From an uncultured Rhodobacteraceae bacterium (lineage in GTDB: Bacteria > Pseudomonadota > Alphaproteobacteria > Rhodobacterales > Rhodobacteraceae), in the NCBI GenBank assembly GCA_905181985.1, contig CAJIZW010000105.1, positions 1 through 48,914 of the forward strand: DNA of 48,914 nt. The letters run 5' to 3'. Below, piece by piece: positions 1 to 10,465 of this stretch. Under the pieces are notes generated by a model. The model was not told where the DNA came from and did not search any database. It saw nothing but the letters and a program-made list of their open reading frames with translations. The translations under genes and the position numbers were made by a program. Positions within the stretch are counted from its first letter, which is position 1. The number at the start of each line of letters is the position of its first letter.

Positions 1-186
1 TTAGCAGCACTTCTCTTTGGATTTCTATACCAAGGTGGTGCCGAGCTTGCCATGTGGACAACAATCCCTCGCGAATTAATAGTAGTTATACAAGCCTTAG
101 TTATACTTTTTACAGGCGCTCTAGAAAATATGGTGAGAGCACCACTTAACTGGCTTTGGTTAAAAAGCCATCGAGGTGCAAGTTAA
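1..186 (+). CDS. ABC transporter permease, 3' fragment (start lies upstream of the window)
   Basis: Frame +1 is open from base 1 to TAA at 184-186. The tail is hydrophobic (LFGFLYQGGAELAMWTTIPRELIVVIQALVILFTGALENM). The stop overlaps the next ATG (TAATG), as in paired YufP/YufQ-type permease genes. Confidence 0.55.
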   Translation, partial: LAALLFGFLYQGGAELAMWTTIPRELIVVIQALVILFTGALENMVRAPLNWLWLKSHRGAS

Positions 187-1148
187 TGGACTTCATGGTT
201 TTAATTCAAGTCCTAGACTCAGCCCTAAGACTCGCTGTGCCTTTACTGTTTTGTAGTCTTGCAGGTCTATTTAGCGAAAGAGCCGGTATATTTGATATTG
301 GATTAGAAGGAAAAATATTAATAGCTGCATTTTTTTCTGCAGCCACTGCCTCTGTATCAGGCTCAGTATGGGTTGGACTGTTTTTTGGGATTTCTGCCTC
401 CATGCTGTTTTCACTTCTACACGGACTAGCGTCCATAACTTTTAGAGGAAACCAACTCATTTCAGGCGTAGCAATTAACTTCCTTGCCGCCGGGATTACA
501 GTCCTAATTGGCCAAAGTTGGTTTAAGTTAGGTGGTCGGACACCATCTTTATCAGGCAACGCTAGGTTTTCAGAAATAACATTTCCATTTGCAGATAGCG
601 TCTCAAGCGTTCCAATTATTGGACCAATCTATTCAGAACTATTGTCTGGTCACACAGCTTTAGCATATTTCGCCATCCTGATGGTTCCAATTAGCTGGTA
701 CATATTATTTAGAACCAGATTTGGACTTCGTCTTCGGGCTGTTGGGGAAAATCCCGCTGCAGTTGATACTGCTGGAATTTCAGTGATTCAACTACGGTAC
801 CTAGCTGTAATAATTTGTGGACTATTATGTGGATTAGCGGGCGCTTACCTGGCAACTGGCTTAGCTGCAGGGTTTGTTAAAGATATGAGTGCAGGAAGAG
901 GGTTTATTGCCCTTGCTGCCTTAATTTTTGCAAAATGGAGGCCGTGGCACGTCCTTTATGCCACACTTTTATTTGGATTGCTTGAAGCTATTTCAAATCG
1001 ATTCCAAAATATAGAGATACTTGGAATAATTTTACCGACCCAATTAATGCAAGCCTTACCATATATATTAACTGTCATAATACTTGCCGGATTTGTTGGA
1101 AAAGCAACCCCCCCATTAGCCGGAGGTGTTCCATATATTAAGGAATAA
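186..1148 (+). CDS. ABC transporter permease (BMP / nucleoside-sugar type, YufQ/COG1079-like)
   Basis: ORF track gives 156..1148 with a TTG start. The in-frame ATG at 186 overlaps the upstream stop. The protein is multi-TM and carries LRLAVPLLFCSLAGLFSERAGIFDIGLEGKIL, typical of this permease family. Confidence 0.8.
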   Translation: MDFMVLIQVLDSALRLAVPLLFCSLAGLFSERAGIFDIGLEGKILIAAFFSAATASVSGSVWVGLFFGISASMLFSLLHGLASITFRGNQLISGVAINFLAAGITVLIGQSWFKLGGRTPSLSGNARFSEITFPFADSVSSVPIIGPIYSELLSGHTALAYFAILMVPISWYILFRTRFGLRLRAVGENPAAVDTAGISVIQLRYLAVIICGLLCGLAGAYLATGLAAGFVKDMSAGRGFIALAALIFAKWRPWHVLYATLLFGLLEAISNRFQNIEILGIILPTQLMQALPYILTVIILAGFVGKATPPLAGGVPYIKE

Positions 1149-1234
1149 CCTTAACTCCAATTTGTAGCATGTTAATATTAGATAAAGTAAATTCGTGGTT
1201 GCGGATAGAACATGAAGAGGTTTAGTAAACATTT

Positions 1235-2155
1235 ATGCAAATTTATCTTCCCATAGCTGAAGTTTCGATAAATGCCTTCTTATTATTAGGGCTAGGCGGA
1301 TTTGTTGGGATTCTTTCTGGTATGTTTGGTGTGGGTGGGGGGTTCTTAATGACACCTTTACTATTCTTTATTGGGATTCCTCCTGCAGTTGCAGTTGCTA
1401 CTGAAGCAAACCAAATTGTGGCTTCCTCTTTTTCAGGTTTTTTAGCCCACTTTCGTCGTAAAAATGTTGATATAAAAATGGGCTTCGTCCTTCTGGTTGG
1501 TGGCATAATAGGGGCAGCCATAGGTGTACAGGTATTCGCATTATTGCGAGAAATTGGTCAGGTCGATTTACTTGTAAAACTCTGTTATGTTTTATTCCTA
1601 GGCATAATTGGTATTTTAATGTTCTTTGAGAGCCTAAGAGCAATCAGGAGATCTAAAAATACATCTCTGAAAAGACCCACTAAAAAGAGACATAACTGGA
1701 TCCATAACTTACCCTTCAAAGCAAAATTTAGAACTTCCGGTCTATACATTTCTGTAATTCCTCCTGCTTGCATTGGTTTTATAGTAGGAATTCTTTCTGC
1801 TATTATGGGTGTTGGTGGAGGCTTTATTATGGTGCCAGCAATGATCTACTTGCTTGGTATGCCGACTAAGGTAGTTGTTGGAACTTCTTTGTTTCAAATA
1901 ATTTTTGTTACAGCTTTTGCGACGATCATGCACGCAACAACTAACTACACCGTCGATATGGCTTTGGCTGTTTTACTTTTAATTGGTGGGGTCTTAGGCG
2001 CTCAAGTTGGAACAAGAATAGGACTGAAGCTAAAAGCAGAACAATTAAGAATATTATTATCTTTAATAGTTATTTTAGTCTGTTTAAAAATTGCTGGAGA
2101 TCTAGTTTTAGAACCCAAAGAGTTATTTTCATTAGATATGGGTATAAAACATTGA
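1235..2155 (+). CDS. TSUP family (TauE/SafE, DUF81) membrane transporter
   Basis: 306 aa with two internally repeated halves, each containing a G-rich helix (GMFGVGGGFLMTPLL and IMGVGGGFIMVPAMIYLLG). Polytopic membrane protein. Confidence 0.8.
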   Translation: MQIYLPIAEVSINAFLLLGLGGFVGILSGMFGVGGGFLMTPLLFFIGIPPAVAVATEANQIVASSFSGFLAHFRRKNVDIKMGFVLLVGGIIGAAIGVQVFALLREIGQVDLLVKLCYVLFLGIIGILMFFESLRAIRRSKNTSLKRPTKKRHNWIHNLPFKAKFRTSGLYISVIPPACIGFIVGILSAIMGVGGGFIMVPAMIYLLGMPTKVVVGTSLFQIIFVTAFATIMHATTNYTVDMALAVLLLIGGVLGAQVGTRIGLKLKAEQLRILLSLIVILVCLKIAGDLVLEPKELFSLDMGIKH

Positions 2156-2916
2156 TACTTCGGATAATGACACTCCTAGTTTCCTTTATGATTACGAGCA
2201 ATGCTATTGCAGAAAGGTTAGTTGCACAGCTATCAAAAGAAGAAGTCGCAATTACTGCTAACTTCGACGGTTCAGAAATATTTATCTATGGTGCCATAAA
2301 ACACGAAAATTCCAACAAAACTACAGACCCTTTAGAAGTAGTGATCACGGTGTCCGGCCCAGCTGAAAAACTTCACGTTAGGAAGAAATCAAAACATGCT
2401 ATGATTTGGTTAAACACTGAGACCATTGAAATTGATTCAGCTCCTAGTTTTTATGCCGTTGCGTCAACAGGTGCCTTAAAAGAAGTGATAAACAATACAG
2501 AAAATCTTAAGTATAAGATCTCTATCCGAGAGGTAATACGATCCATAGGGAACCCAGCAACGATTCAAAATCCCACCGACTTTACTGAAGGGTTGATAAG
2601 AATTCGTAGTGAAAATAAACTTTATCAGGACTTGGATAACAGTATTTCATTAACAGATGAAACACTGTTTGCAACAACGATTAACTTACCGTCAAACCTG
2701 GTTGAAGGCGAATACACAATACGTTTTCTCTTAGCTCGTGACGGGAAAGTGATCGATCAGCTGTCAACGACTATACCAGTTAATAAAGTTGGATTAGAGC
2801 GATGGATCTTTGACCTATCTCGCCAACAACCATTAATTTATGGACTACTCTCTTTATTCATTGCAATTTTCGCAGGCTGGTTAGCATCAGCTGTGTTCAG
2901 GTACATACGGATATAA
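2152..2916 (+). CDS. TIGR02186 (Alph_Pro_TM) family membrane protein, function unknown
   Basis: Signal-like N-terminus, soluble domain and a single C-terminal TM (LIYGLLSLFIAIFAGWLASAVF). The TTG start overlaps the TSUP stop (TTGA); an alternative ATG lies at 2167. Pairing with TSUP is typical of alphaproteobacteria. Confidence 0.6.
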   Translation: MILRIMTLLVSFMITSNAIAERLVAQLSKEEVAITANFDGSEIFIYGAIKHENSNKTTDPLEVVITVSGPAEKLHVRKKSKHAMIWLNTETIEIDSAPSFYAVASTGALKEVINNTENLKYKISIREVIRSIGNPATIQNPTDFTEGLIRIRSENKLYQDLDNSISLTDETLFATTINLPSNLVEGEYTIRFLLARDGKVIDQLSTTIPVNKVGLERWIFDLSRQQPLIYGLLSLFIAIFAGWLASAVFRYIRI

Positions 2917-2919
2917 ATT

Positions 2920-4419
2920 TTAATTTAATAAATCTTCGTACCCTAACGGCACTGTTGGACGTTCTAAGCGATTTCGCTCCACCCAAATAACTTTATTCTG
3001 TGCCCGTGTAATCGCTACATAAGCCAACCTTTTCCACAGCAGTTGTCCAGCTTCCTCACGCCCAGAGCTGGCCGCAGCAAAAATATCTGGTGCAAAGACC
3101 TGCACGGTAGGCCACTGTGACCCCTGCGACTTATGAATAGTTATCGCTGCTCCATGAAGAAAGGACGCACCCATCCTAGCTGCAAAAGGGATAAATGGTT
3201 CTTCTGCATCATTGGTTTCAATCTTTATGATAGAAGCCGCACTTACCCGTGGATCTTCAGCACCCAATACATGTAGTTTTGAAAATCCAGGTTTTTTACC
3301 GGGTCCAAGGTAAATTACTTGGGCCCCTTTAACTAAACCTCTAGCTTCAAGGTCAATTCTTTTTTTTCTATGTTTGATTGGTAGCTCTATACCATCACAA
3401 ATTAGCGGTTCTCCAGGAATCAAATCTCCTAATGACGCGCCAAATGCCAACCTATAAGCCTGAATTAATCGGACTCTGGTCTTATTTCGCCACACTAATA
3501 CTGGTGACCGCGACATTAAATCTGAATTAACACGGGGTGAGCAAACAACCCTATCATCTCTAATCGATATATCTCTAATTAGATCTTCAAACTGATTAAA
3601 AGTTATATTAGGCTCACCTAGAGCATGAGCCAGGTCTAAGATGGGACTATCTTCACTTTGCCGATGTACTCGAGATAAATAAATTTTTTCACTATCTGCA
3701 AGACTATCAAAAATCATTTCACCTGACTGAACTACTGGTGGAAGTTGTGCTGGATCCCCAAACAATACTAATGTACTAAAAATTTCTGACAAATCTTTCA
3801 GCTGTTGATCATCAAGCATAGAAGCCTCATCAACAAAAGCTATATCAAGAGGCTCTTCCCTCCTTTTCCATCCCTTTATAAAGTCCGAGCCCTTTAGTCC
3901 AATGCTAGCAAGGGCTGCTGGTACTGATTTATTTATTGAATAAAATTCATATGCTTTATCTAAAGTTGCGCTACTGAAGCCTTCAATTTCTGGTTTTTTT
4001 CCTGTTCCAATAAACCACTCTGCAATTTTTTCGAATTCAGGATCATAAAGAGGCGTGTATAAAACCCTATGAATTGTTGTAGCAGGTACGCCGTTGTTTC
4101 GAAGTACACTCGCCGCTTTATTTGTCGGAGCGAGTATAGAAAGGCTCCTTGAGTCTGAATTAATTGCTCGAGAATAGTCCGATGAAATCACTAAGACACC
4201 ACTATCCTTAACAGATTTTACCAAATCTGTCAGTAGTAGAGTTTTTCCTGATCCTGCGCGTCCAATAACAGAAATTAAAGTATTTTGTTTTTCAAATGTT
4301 TCTTTAAGTAATTTTTTTTCTTTTAAATCAACTCCCACTTTAAGCAGTAACTCTGTAATCACTGCGTTAGCCCGAATTTGATCAGAAGAGTACTCTACAA
4401 GTTTGATATTATTTCTCAT
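2920..4419 (-). CDS. SF1B RecD/Dda/Pif1-like DNA helicase (AAA_30 + UvrD_C_2 type)
   Basis: Walker A GRAGSGKT, Walker B FVDEASML, motif III GDPAQLPPV, and C-terminal TIHKSQGSQW and YVAITRA motifs. Confidence 0.75.
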   Translation of the reverse strand: MRNNIKLVEYSSDQIRANAVITELLLKVGVDLKEKKLLKETFEKQNTLISVIGRAGSGKTLLLTDLVKSVKDSGVLVISSDYSRAINSDSRSLSILAPTNKAASVLRNNGVPATTIHRVLYTPLYDPEFEKIAEWFIGTGKKPEIEGFSSATLDKAYEFYSINKSVPAALASIGLKGSDFIKGWKRREEPLDIAFVDEASMLDDQQLKDLSEIFSTLVLFGDPAQLPPVVQSGEMIFDSLADSEKIYLSRVHRQSEDSPILDLAHALGEPNITFNQFEDLIRDISIRDDRVVCSPRVNSDLMSRSPVLVWRNKTRVRLIQAYRLAFGASLGDLIPGEPLICDGIELPIKHRKKRIDLEARGLVKGAQVIYLGPGKKPGFSKLHVLGAEDPRVSAASIIKIETNDAEEPFIPFAARMGASFLHGAAITIHKSQGSQWPTVQVFAPDIFAAASSGREEAGQLLWKRLAYVAITRAQNKVIWVERNRLERPTVPLGYEDLLN

Positions 4420-4614
4420 ATACGCATCGTAGAATGGTATTCATAAGAACTCTAGACTTTTAGATTAATAAAGATACATCTAACAAAAATATAATTTAAT
4501 TTTATCCAAATCCCTAACTTTAAATAATAAAAGTCTTAAAGAGTTAGTAGACAAATTCTTATTTTGAAGTACAACAAAACAAAATTTGAACATAAATAGT
4601 TAGGAGAGTTTAGT

Positions 4615-5322
4615 ATGACTATTCACATTGGTGCGGCAGTTGATGATATAGCAGAAACTGTTTTACTTCCAGGTGACCCTTATCGCGCAAAATGGGCTGC
4701 AGAAACTTTTCTTAAGAACCCCAAGCTGGTAAATGAGATCCGAGGTATGCTTGGTTACACAGGTACTTGGAGAGGTAATAGAGTAACTATACAAGGATCT
4801 GGTATGGGCATGCCATCTCTATCTATTTATGTGAATGAATTGATTAGGGAGTATAGCGCCAAGACACTAATCAGAATTGGTTCAACAGGAGCAATGCAAG
4901 AAAATATTGAACTCAGAGATATAATATTAGCGATAACCGCCTCAACAGTATCTAATCCTTCAGCTAGTATCTTTAAAGACTTTAACTTCTCTCCGGTAGC
5001 GAACTGGGACCTCCTTAGTAAAGCCGCTAAAGTAGCCGAAACTAAAAAAATTAAAACTCATATAGGGGGTATCTATTCCTCAGATACATTTTATGACGAG
5101 CGGCCTGACTTAACAAAGGAAATGATCAGGCATGGTATACTGGCCGTCGAAATGGAAACTGCTGAACTATATACTCTAGCAGCCAGATACGGTTGTAAGG
5201 CATTATCTATATTAACTGCCTCGGATCACTTAATAACCAAAAAAGAGCTGCCCGCTGCAGAAAGGGAGAAGAGCTTTTCATCAATGGTCGAGATAGCTTT
5301 AGAAACAGCATTTGCGCCATAA
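4615..5322 (+). CDS. deoD: Purine nucleoside phosphorylase, DeoD type
   Basis: 235 aa. [27 protein letters not shown] and [12 protein letters not shown] are collinear with E. coli DeoD. AGGAG lies upstream of the ATG. Confidence 0.9.
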   Translation: MTIHIGAAVDDIAETVLLPGDPYRAKWAAETFLKNPKLVNEIRGMLGYTGTWRGNRVTIQGSGMGMPSLSIYVNELIREYSAKTLIRIGSTGAMQENIELRDIILAITASTVSNPSASIFKDFNFSPVANWDLLSKAAKVAETKKIKTHIGGIYSSDTFYDERPDLTKEMIRHGILAVEMETAELYTLAARYGCKALSILTASDHLITKKELPAAEREKSFSSMVEIALETAFAP

Positions 5323-6084
5323 CTAGGACTTAATTCTATAACCCGTCTTAAATATCCATGTAATCATACCAATACAGCAACATGTAAATATAGCGATAGC
5401 CATTAGGCTTAAACCAATACCTACATCTGCTGTACCAAAAAAGGACCACCTAAAGCCTGAAATCAAATAAAATATTGGATTGAACATCGAAATTGATTGC
5501 CAAATTGGTGGTAGCATAGAAATCGAATAGAAACTTCCTCCAAGGAATACTAATGGTGTAAGGACTAATAAGGGTATCATTTGAACTTGATCGAAGTTCT
5601 TAGCCCACACCCCAATGATAAATCCAAACAAGCTGAAACTTACACAAGTAAGCACTAAAAACACTATCATAAAGAATGGATGTAATATTGTTAAATCAAC
5701 AAACAAATGTGCCGTGATTAACACCACCACCCCAATCATCAAAGACTTTGTTACAGCTGCTCCAACATAACCTAAAATAATTTCAAAAGAGTTAATAGGA
5801 GCAGATAGTATTTCAAAAATTGTTCCGACAAATTTAGGTAGATATATTCCAAAACTAGCAAACGAAGTGCTCTGCGTCATGATGTTTAACATTATAAGTC
5901 CTGGGACGATAAAAGCTCCATAACTCACATCATCTATGGTTCCTATTTTACTCCCAATAGCGGTCCCAAAGACAACAAAATATAACGATGTAGACACTAT
6001 CGGTGAAATAAAGCTCTGAAAAAAGGTTCGAAAAAACCGTGTCATTTCATAGATATATATAGCTCGAATTCCTGAAAAATTCAT
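5323..6084 (-). CDS. ABC-2 type exporter permease (YadH-like)
   Basis: 253 aa with 6 predicted TM helices. The start overlaps the stop of the upstream ATPase gene by 4 nt. Confidence 0.8.
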   Translation of the reverse strand: MNFSGIRAIYIYEMTRFFRTFFQSFISPIVSTSLYFVVFGTAIGSKIGTIDDVSYGAFIVPGLIMLNIMTQSTSFASFGIYLPKFVGTIFEILSAPINSFEIILGYVGAAVTKSLMIGVVVLITAHLFVDLTILHPFFMIVFLVLTCVSFSLFGFIIGVWAKNFDQVQMIPLLVLTPLVFLGGSFYSISMLPPIWQSISMFNPIFYLISGFRWSFFGTADVGIGLSLMAIAIFTCCCIGMITWIFKTGYRIKS

Positions 6085-7007
6085 TTCTTTTCCTCAAGTA
6101 AAGTAGTAAAAATATCTTCTAAAGAGGATTGCCGTGTTGAGACATCTTTGAGTATCAATCCTGCCTTCGAAATATCAGTTAAAAGTTTTGTTATCCCGGT
6201 TCGGTTAGCACTTGTATCATAGCTATATAGAAGTGCTGTTCTTTGTTCACTAAGGATAAGTTTGTATGCACTCAAGGATTCGGGAATAGCAGTAATAGGA
6301 TCATGCAATTCAATTTTTAACTCCTTTTTTCCCATTTTCTTGAGTAGAGTTTTTTTATCACTAAGCAGTAACATTTTTCCTTGATTCATTACCCCCACTC
6401 GATCTGCTATCGCCTCAGCTTCTTCTATATAATGAGTAGTAAGAATAACCGTTACCCCTGATGCACGAAGTGAATTAACAAGTGCCCACATATCTTTCCT
6501 AAGTTCGACATCAACTCCTGCTGTGGGTTCATCTAAGAAAAGGACTCTAGGTTCATGACTAAGGGCTTTAGCTATCAAAACTCTACGTTTCATACCTCCA
6601 GATAAAGTCATGATTGGAGAATCTCGTTTGTCCCACAGGGATAGTTTTTTTAGCACCTCTTTTAAGTAATTATCATTTCTTGGTTTTCCAAACAGACCTC
6701 GGGAAAACCTTAAGGTGTTTAGAACTGTCTCAAATGAATCGAGAACTAATTCTTGGGGAACAAGCCCTATTAATCTCCTCGCATCCCGATAATCCTTAAT
6801 CGCATCAAATCCATCAACAAAAATTTTTCCCGAAGAAGGGTTAACTATTCCACAAATTGTAGAAATCAGTGTTGTCTTCCCAGCTCCATTGGGACCTAAT
6901 AAAGCTAAGATTTCACCTTCAGAAATTTCCAAAGAAATATCATCCAATGCAATTAGCTTTGAACTATAAGTTTTCGATAGATTTTTTACTATTACTATAG
7001 GGGTCAA
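6081..7007 (-). CDS. ABC transporter ATP-binding protein (YadG-like)
   Basis: Walker [10 protein letters not shown], signature LSGGMKRR, Walker [10 protein letters not shown], plus a C-terminal accessory domain. Confidence 0.9.
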   Translation of the reverse strand: MTPIVIVKNLSKTYSSKLIALDDISLEISEGEILALLGPNGAGKTTLISTICGIVNPSSGKIFVDGFDAIKDYRDARRLIGLVPQELVLDSFETVLNTLRFSRGLFGKPRNDNYLKEVLKKLSLWDKRDSPIMTLSGGMKRRVLIAKALSHEPRVLFLDEPTAGVDVELRKDMWALVNSLRASGVTVILTTHYIEEAEAIADRVGVMNQGKMLLLSDKKTLLKKMGKKELKIELHDPITAIPESLSAYKLILSEQRTALLYSYDTSANRTGITKLLTDISKAGLILKDVSTRQSSLEDIFTTLLEEKK

Positions 7008-7340
7008 AGTTATTTTCTTTCTAATATTTTTATATTATATTTATAAGAGTTGTATGCGAAACAACCGATATTTACACAACCCCAGCTATAGTCATATATT
7101 GTTCTGGAAGCGACAGTCAGAGCTGTTATTTATAATCTTAGTCTATTCTTAGTTATAAATTTCTAAACCTCTTCTCAAAAGCCTTATAACAAATATACCT
7201 GAAACCTTGGTAGGAAATGCTCAAGTCAGAAAAGACACTAAATTTTATTACTAACCTAGTAAAAAAAAATTATTTATATGAAAAGTTAATAAATAAAAGC
7301 TAAGTTAAATAACTTTATGCCTAAACACTGTAACTAAAGG

Positions 7341-7901
7341 TTAATGTAATTTTTTTGAAACCTCTAATATGGATTCTTCAAGAAACTTATCTTGATCAAC
7401 CTCTTTAGAATGGTTTTGTATCACCTCTGACGCAACAGCTATGGCAACTGATATCGCCGTATCCCTAATTTCTAAAATCGCTGCAACCTCTGCTGATTCC
7501 AATTGCTCTACTGCCGCTTGCATTCTTCGTTCTATCGATATTTCTAAATCTTTTTGTGCTTGTGCCGCCACAGCTTTGGCTTCTTCCTTAGCATTTTTTA
7601 TTATTCTTTCAGCTTGCTCAGCAATTTCTTTCTGTTTTCTCTCATAACTAGCTAACAGAGTTTGAGCCTCTTCTCGAAGTTTTTTTGCCTCATCTAATTC
7701 TGTGCGTATTCCATCCGCCCTTTTATCTAAAAGTCCCGCTAAAAGGTTGGGTACTTTAAGATATAGCAAGATACCAACAAATAATGCAAAACTCAGCGAA
7801 ACTATAAAGTCAGTATTTTTTAATGAGAAAAATGTGTCCCCTGCTGCATGAGAACTTAAAGGGTATAATATAAATACGACTGTAAGGCCAAAGTTTCTCA
7901 T
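7341..7901 (-). CDS. atpF: F0F1 ATP synthase subunit b
   Basis: Single TM followed by a long charged coiled coil (LDKRADGIRTELDEAKKLREEAQ). Last gene of the F0 cluster. Confidence 0.85.
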   Translation of the reverse strand: MRNFGLTVVFILYPLSSHAAGDTFFSLKNTDFIVSLSFALFVGILLYLKVPNLLAGLLDKRADGIRTELDEAKKLREEAQTLLASYERKQKEIAEQAERIIKNAKEEAKAVAAQAQKDLEISIERRMQAAVEQLESAEVAAILEIRDTAISVAIAVASEVIQNHSKEVDQDKFLEESILEVSKKLH

Positions 7902-7905
7902 GATA

Positions 7906-8430
7906 TCACTCCGTTACTTTCTGGCTCACTGATTTCATTATTAACTTTTCATCAATGGGTCCTGGTGAAACTTTTACAACTATATCAATTGCAATTTCGT
8001 TAGCAACATCAAGAATACTACTTTTAGCTTTAGCCTTAATATCGTTGAGCTTCTGTTCACTTTCTTTCGCACGTTCAGCAATTTGCAGATCTGCGTCTGC
8101 AATTTTTCTACCTAATTCTGCTTTCATTTCGAGTTTAGTGTCATTGATTATATTATTAGCTTCGATTCTAGCATCCGCTAAAGCTTTGTTATATGCCTTC
8201 TCAGCGTCTTCAGCCATTTGCTTCAATTCTTCAGCCCGAGCAAGATCATGTTCAATCGTGTCTTGTCTGTCTGACAGAACTGCACCAATTCGAGGCAAAG
8301 CAATTTTCGAAAGAACAAAATATATAGCCACTATTGTAACGAACAACCAAAACATTTGATTTGGAAACGTAGTAAAGTCTAATTGAGGCATGCCTGGTTC
8401 GACTGGTACATCACTTGGTGTTTTTGCCAT
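7906..8430 (-). CDS. atpF2: F0F1 ATP synthase subunit b'
   Basis: TM plus coiled coil ([26 protein letters not shown]). ATG at 8430 is preceded by GAGGGA; the track start at 8445 is a TTG. Confidence 0.85.
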   Translation of the reverse strand: MAKTPSDVPVEPGMPQLDFTTFPNQMFWLFVTIVAIYFVLSKIALPRIGAVLSDRQDTIEHDLARAEELKQMAEDAEKAYNKALADARIEANNIINDTKLEMKAELGRKIADADLQIAERAKESEQKLNDIKAKAKSSILDVANEIAIDIVVKVSPGPIDEKLIMKSVSQKVTE

Positions 8431-8510
8431 ATATTTGTCCCTCAAAAATTTTATTTAGATCAAATAATAAAAATATTAATTTTTACTTTAGACTAAATTT
8501 ATATCAATCT

Positions 8511-8747
8511 TTAGACAGCAAACATTAGTAAAAGTGCTACTAGGAATGAAAAAATTCCTAATGCTTCAGCAAATGCAATACCAATGAACATTGTCGCTGT
8601 CTGCCCTGCGGCTGCTGACGGGTTTCTAAGTGCACCAGACAAGAAGTTTCCTACCACATGTCCAACACCAATTGCGGCGCCGCCCATACCAGTACAGGCA
8701 AGCCCTGCCCCTATATATGCTCCCATTTGTACGATATCACCTTCCAT
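8511..8747 (-). CDS. atpE: F0F1 ATP synthase subunit c
   Basis: 78-aa hairpin proteolipid with RNPSAA loop and carboxylate helix [22 protein letters not shown] present. Confidence 0.95.
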   Translation of the reverse strand: MEGDIVQMGAYIGAGLACTGMGGAAIGVGHVVGNFLSGALRNPSAAAGQTATMFIGIAFAEALGIFSFLVALLLMFAV

Positions 8748-8790
8748 TTTAATTCTCCTTTTGTTAAAATTAGTTATAATTAATGATTAT

Positions 8791-9549
8791 TTAATGATGT
8801 GGATGAAGAGCATCCTTTAAATAGACACAAGTCAAAATAGCGAAAACATATGCTTGAATAAACGCCACCAAAACCTCCAAAGCATAAATTGCTGTAATAG
8901 CAATAACTGAGAAAGGTGATATGACCGCAATAGCAGCAAACGCGGCAAAAACTTTTATAACGGCATGTCCTGCCATCATATTACCAGCAAGTCTGATAGA
9001 ATGACTTAATGGTCTTACAAAATACGAAATTATTTCAATAATAGCGAGTATAGGCCTTAACACTAAAGGTGCTGAACTGATCCAAAAAACACTCAAAAAT
9101 CCAAAACCGTGTTTGACAAAACCCAAAATGGTTACAAAAAGAAATACACCCATCGCGAGTACCGCAGTAACTGCAATGTGAGAAGTGGTAGTAAATGCCC
9201 CCGGAAGCAAACCTAGGAAGTTCGAAAACACAATAAACATAAACAATGTCATAATTAATGGAAAATACTTTACACCGTCTTTACCACTTACGTCTTCCAC
9301 CATTTTAAAAATAAACCCATAAGCAAGTTCACCAATTGATTGGATGCGATTAGGAATTAAGGCTCTGCGAGAAGTTCCTAAAACTAACAAAAGGAAAATA
9401 CACAAAACGGTTAACCCCATCCATAAGGTGACATTAGTGACAGTAAATATTCCTACGGGTCCATCACCAAATAGAGGGGTAACCCTAAACTGATCCATAG
9501 GGTGAAAAACCAATCCACCCTCTTCCGCTCCACTAGTCTGCTCCGTCAA
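8791..9549 (-). CDS. atpB: F0F1 ATP synthase subunit a
   Basis: Polytopic protein with the conserved Arg motif [15 protein letters not shown]. An alternative start is the Met at 9498 (HPMDQF). Confidence 0.9.
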   Translation of the reverse strand: MTEQTSGAEEGGLVFHPMDQFRVTPLFGDGPVGIFTVTNVTLWMGLTVLCIFLLLVLGTSRRALIPNRIQSIGELAYGFIFKMVEDVSGKDGVKYFPLIMTLFMFIVFSNFLGLLPGAFTTTSHIAVTAVLAMGVFLFVTILGFVKHGFGFLSVFWISSAPLVLRPILAIIEIISYFVRPLSHSIRLAGNMMAGHAVIKVFAAFAAIAVISPFSVIAITAIYALEVLVAFIQAYVFAILTCVYLKDALHPHH

Positions 9550-9883
9550 AATTACTTTCCTTTTTCTTTACACTACTAGTGTGCTTGACTTGTTCTGCCC
9601 CGATTTCCTTAGCAGTCTTTAGCATTACGTTTATTCCTGCTGCCATCCCAAGCAATATAAACAGTATCATAAACAGTGGTTTCGAATTAAATAAATAATC
9701 TAAACCCCAACCTATTCCAAACCCAATAGCTAACCCAGCCACCAGCTCTATAACCATTCTCCACGCAAAATGAGCCTGGGAGTAATGATCATCCAAAAGA
9801 GGCTCATCTACTTTATTCTTCTTCAACGCATTTAATCTTTCAGATAATACTTGTATCTCAGATTTTTTGTCGCTTTCAGTCAT
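9533..9883 (-). CDS. atpI: ATP synthase protein I (AtpI/AtpZ-like)
   Basis: Small two-TM protein as the first gene of the F0 operon. Overlaps atpB. Confidence 0.65.
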   Translation of the reverse strand: MTESDKKSEIQVLSERLNALKKNKVDEPLLDDHYSQAHFAWRMVIELVAGLAIGFGIGWGLDYLFNSKPLFMILFILLGMAAGINVMLKTAKEIGAEQVKHTSSVKKKESNFDGAD

Positions 9884-10054
9884 AGTAGCACAACTTCTTT
9901 CGGTTGACCTTTGTTAGATCTGAAAATAACAAAAGTCAATTATAAATAAGACATCAAGATTTATCCCAAGGTATTGATTATGTTACCTTTTATCTATTTT
10001 TTTTCATAGTGAGACAGCAAGTCGCATTTCAAAAGTAATATTTTTAATTCAACC

Positions 10055-10423
10055 ATGTGGTTGAGGAACAAAGTGATTAAAATGAAATTAGACAAATCCA
10101 ATCATTTAGATCTAATATTTGCGGCACTATCGGATAAAACTAGACGAAGAATATTAATGCTACTATTAGAAGATGACATGTCTGTTACAGATATAGCAGA
10201 GCCTTTTGACACTTCTCTAGCAGCAATCTCTAAACATTTGATAGTACTTGAAAAAGCGGGCCTAATCTCAAGAGAGCGAAAAGGACGCATAAGTTGGTGT
10301 AAAATTTTACCCGATGCTCTAAGAGATGCCGTCATTTGGATAGAAAGCTTCGGACAAGTACAGCCATTTAATTTAGATGCACTCGAGGAGTTTATTGCTT
10401 TAAACTTAAAAGGTAATATTTGA
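10055..10423 (+). CDS. ArsR/SmtB family transcriptional regulator
   Basis: Winged HTH: FAALSDKTRRRILMLL, MSVTDIAEPFDTSLAAISKHLIVLEKAGLI. Alternative ATG at 10082. Confidence 0.8.
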   Translation: MWLRNKVIKMKLDKSNHLDLIFAALSDKTRRRILMLLLEDDMSVTDIAEPFDTSLAAISKHLIVLEKAGLISRERKGRISWCKILPDALRDAVIWIESFGQVQPFNLDALEEFIALNLKGNI

Positions 10424-10465
10424 TAATCATTAACTGTTAAATATCCTGATTAATCTTCAGATAAT

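Noticed and set aside
156-185. Upstream TTG start for the second ABC permease; similarly TTG 14345 for rimM, TTG 44586 for trpB and 32506 for DUF4198
   Set aside because: In each case an in-frame ATG further downstream gives the canonical N-terminus, an SD sequence, or a stop/start overlap with the preceding gene.
7441-8359. Plus-strand ORFs (68 and 134 aa) opposite atpF / atpF', and 8584..8820 opposite atpE
   Set aside because: These are shadow ORFs of coiled-coil or Ala/Gly-rich genes. The minus-strand products match ATP synthase subunits convincingly.
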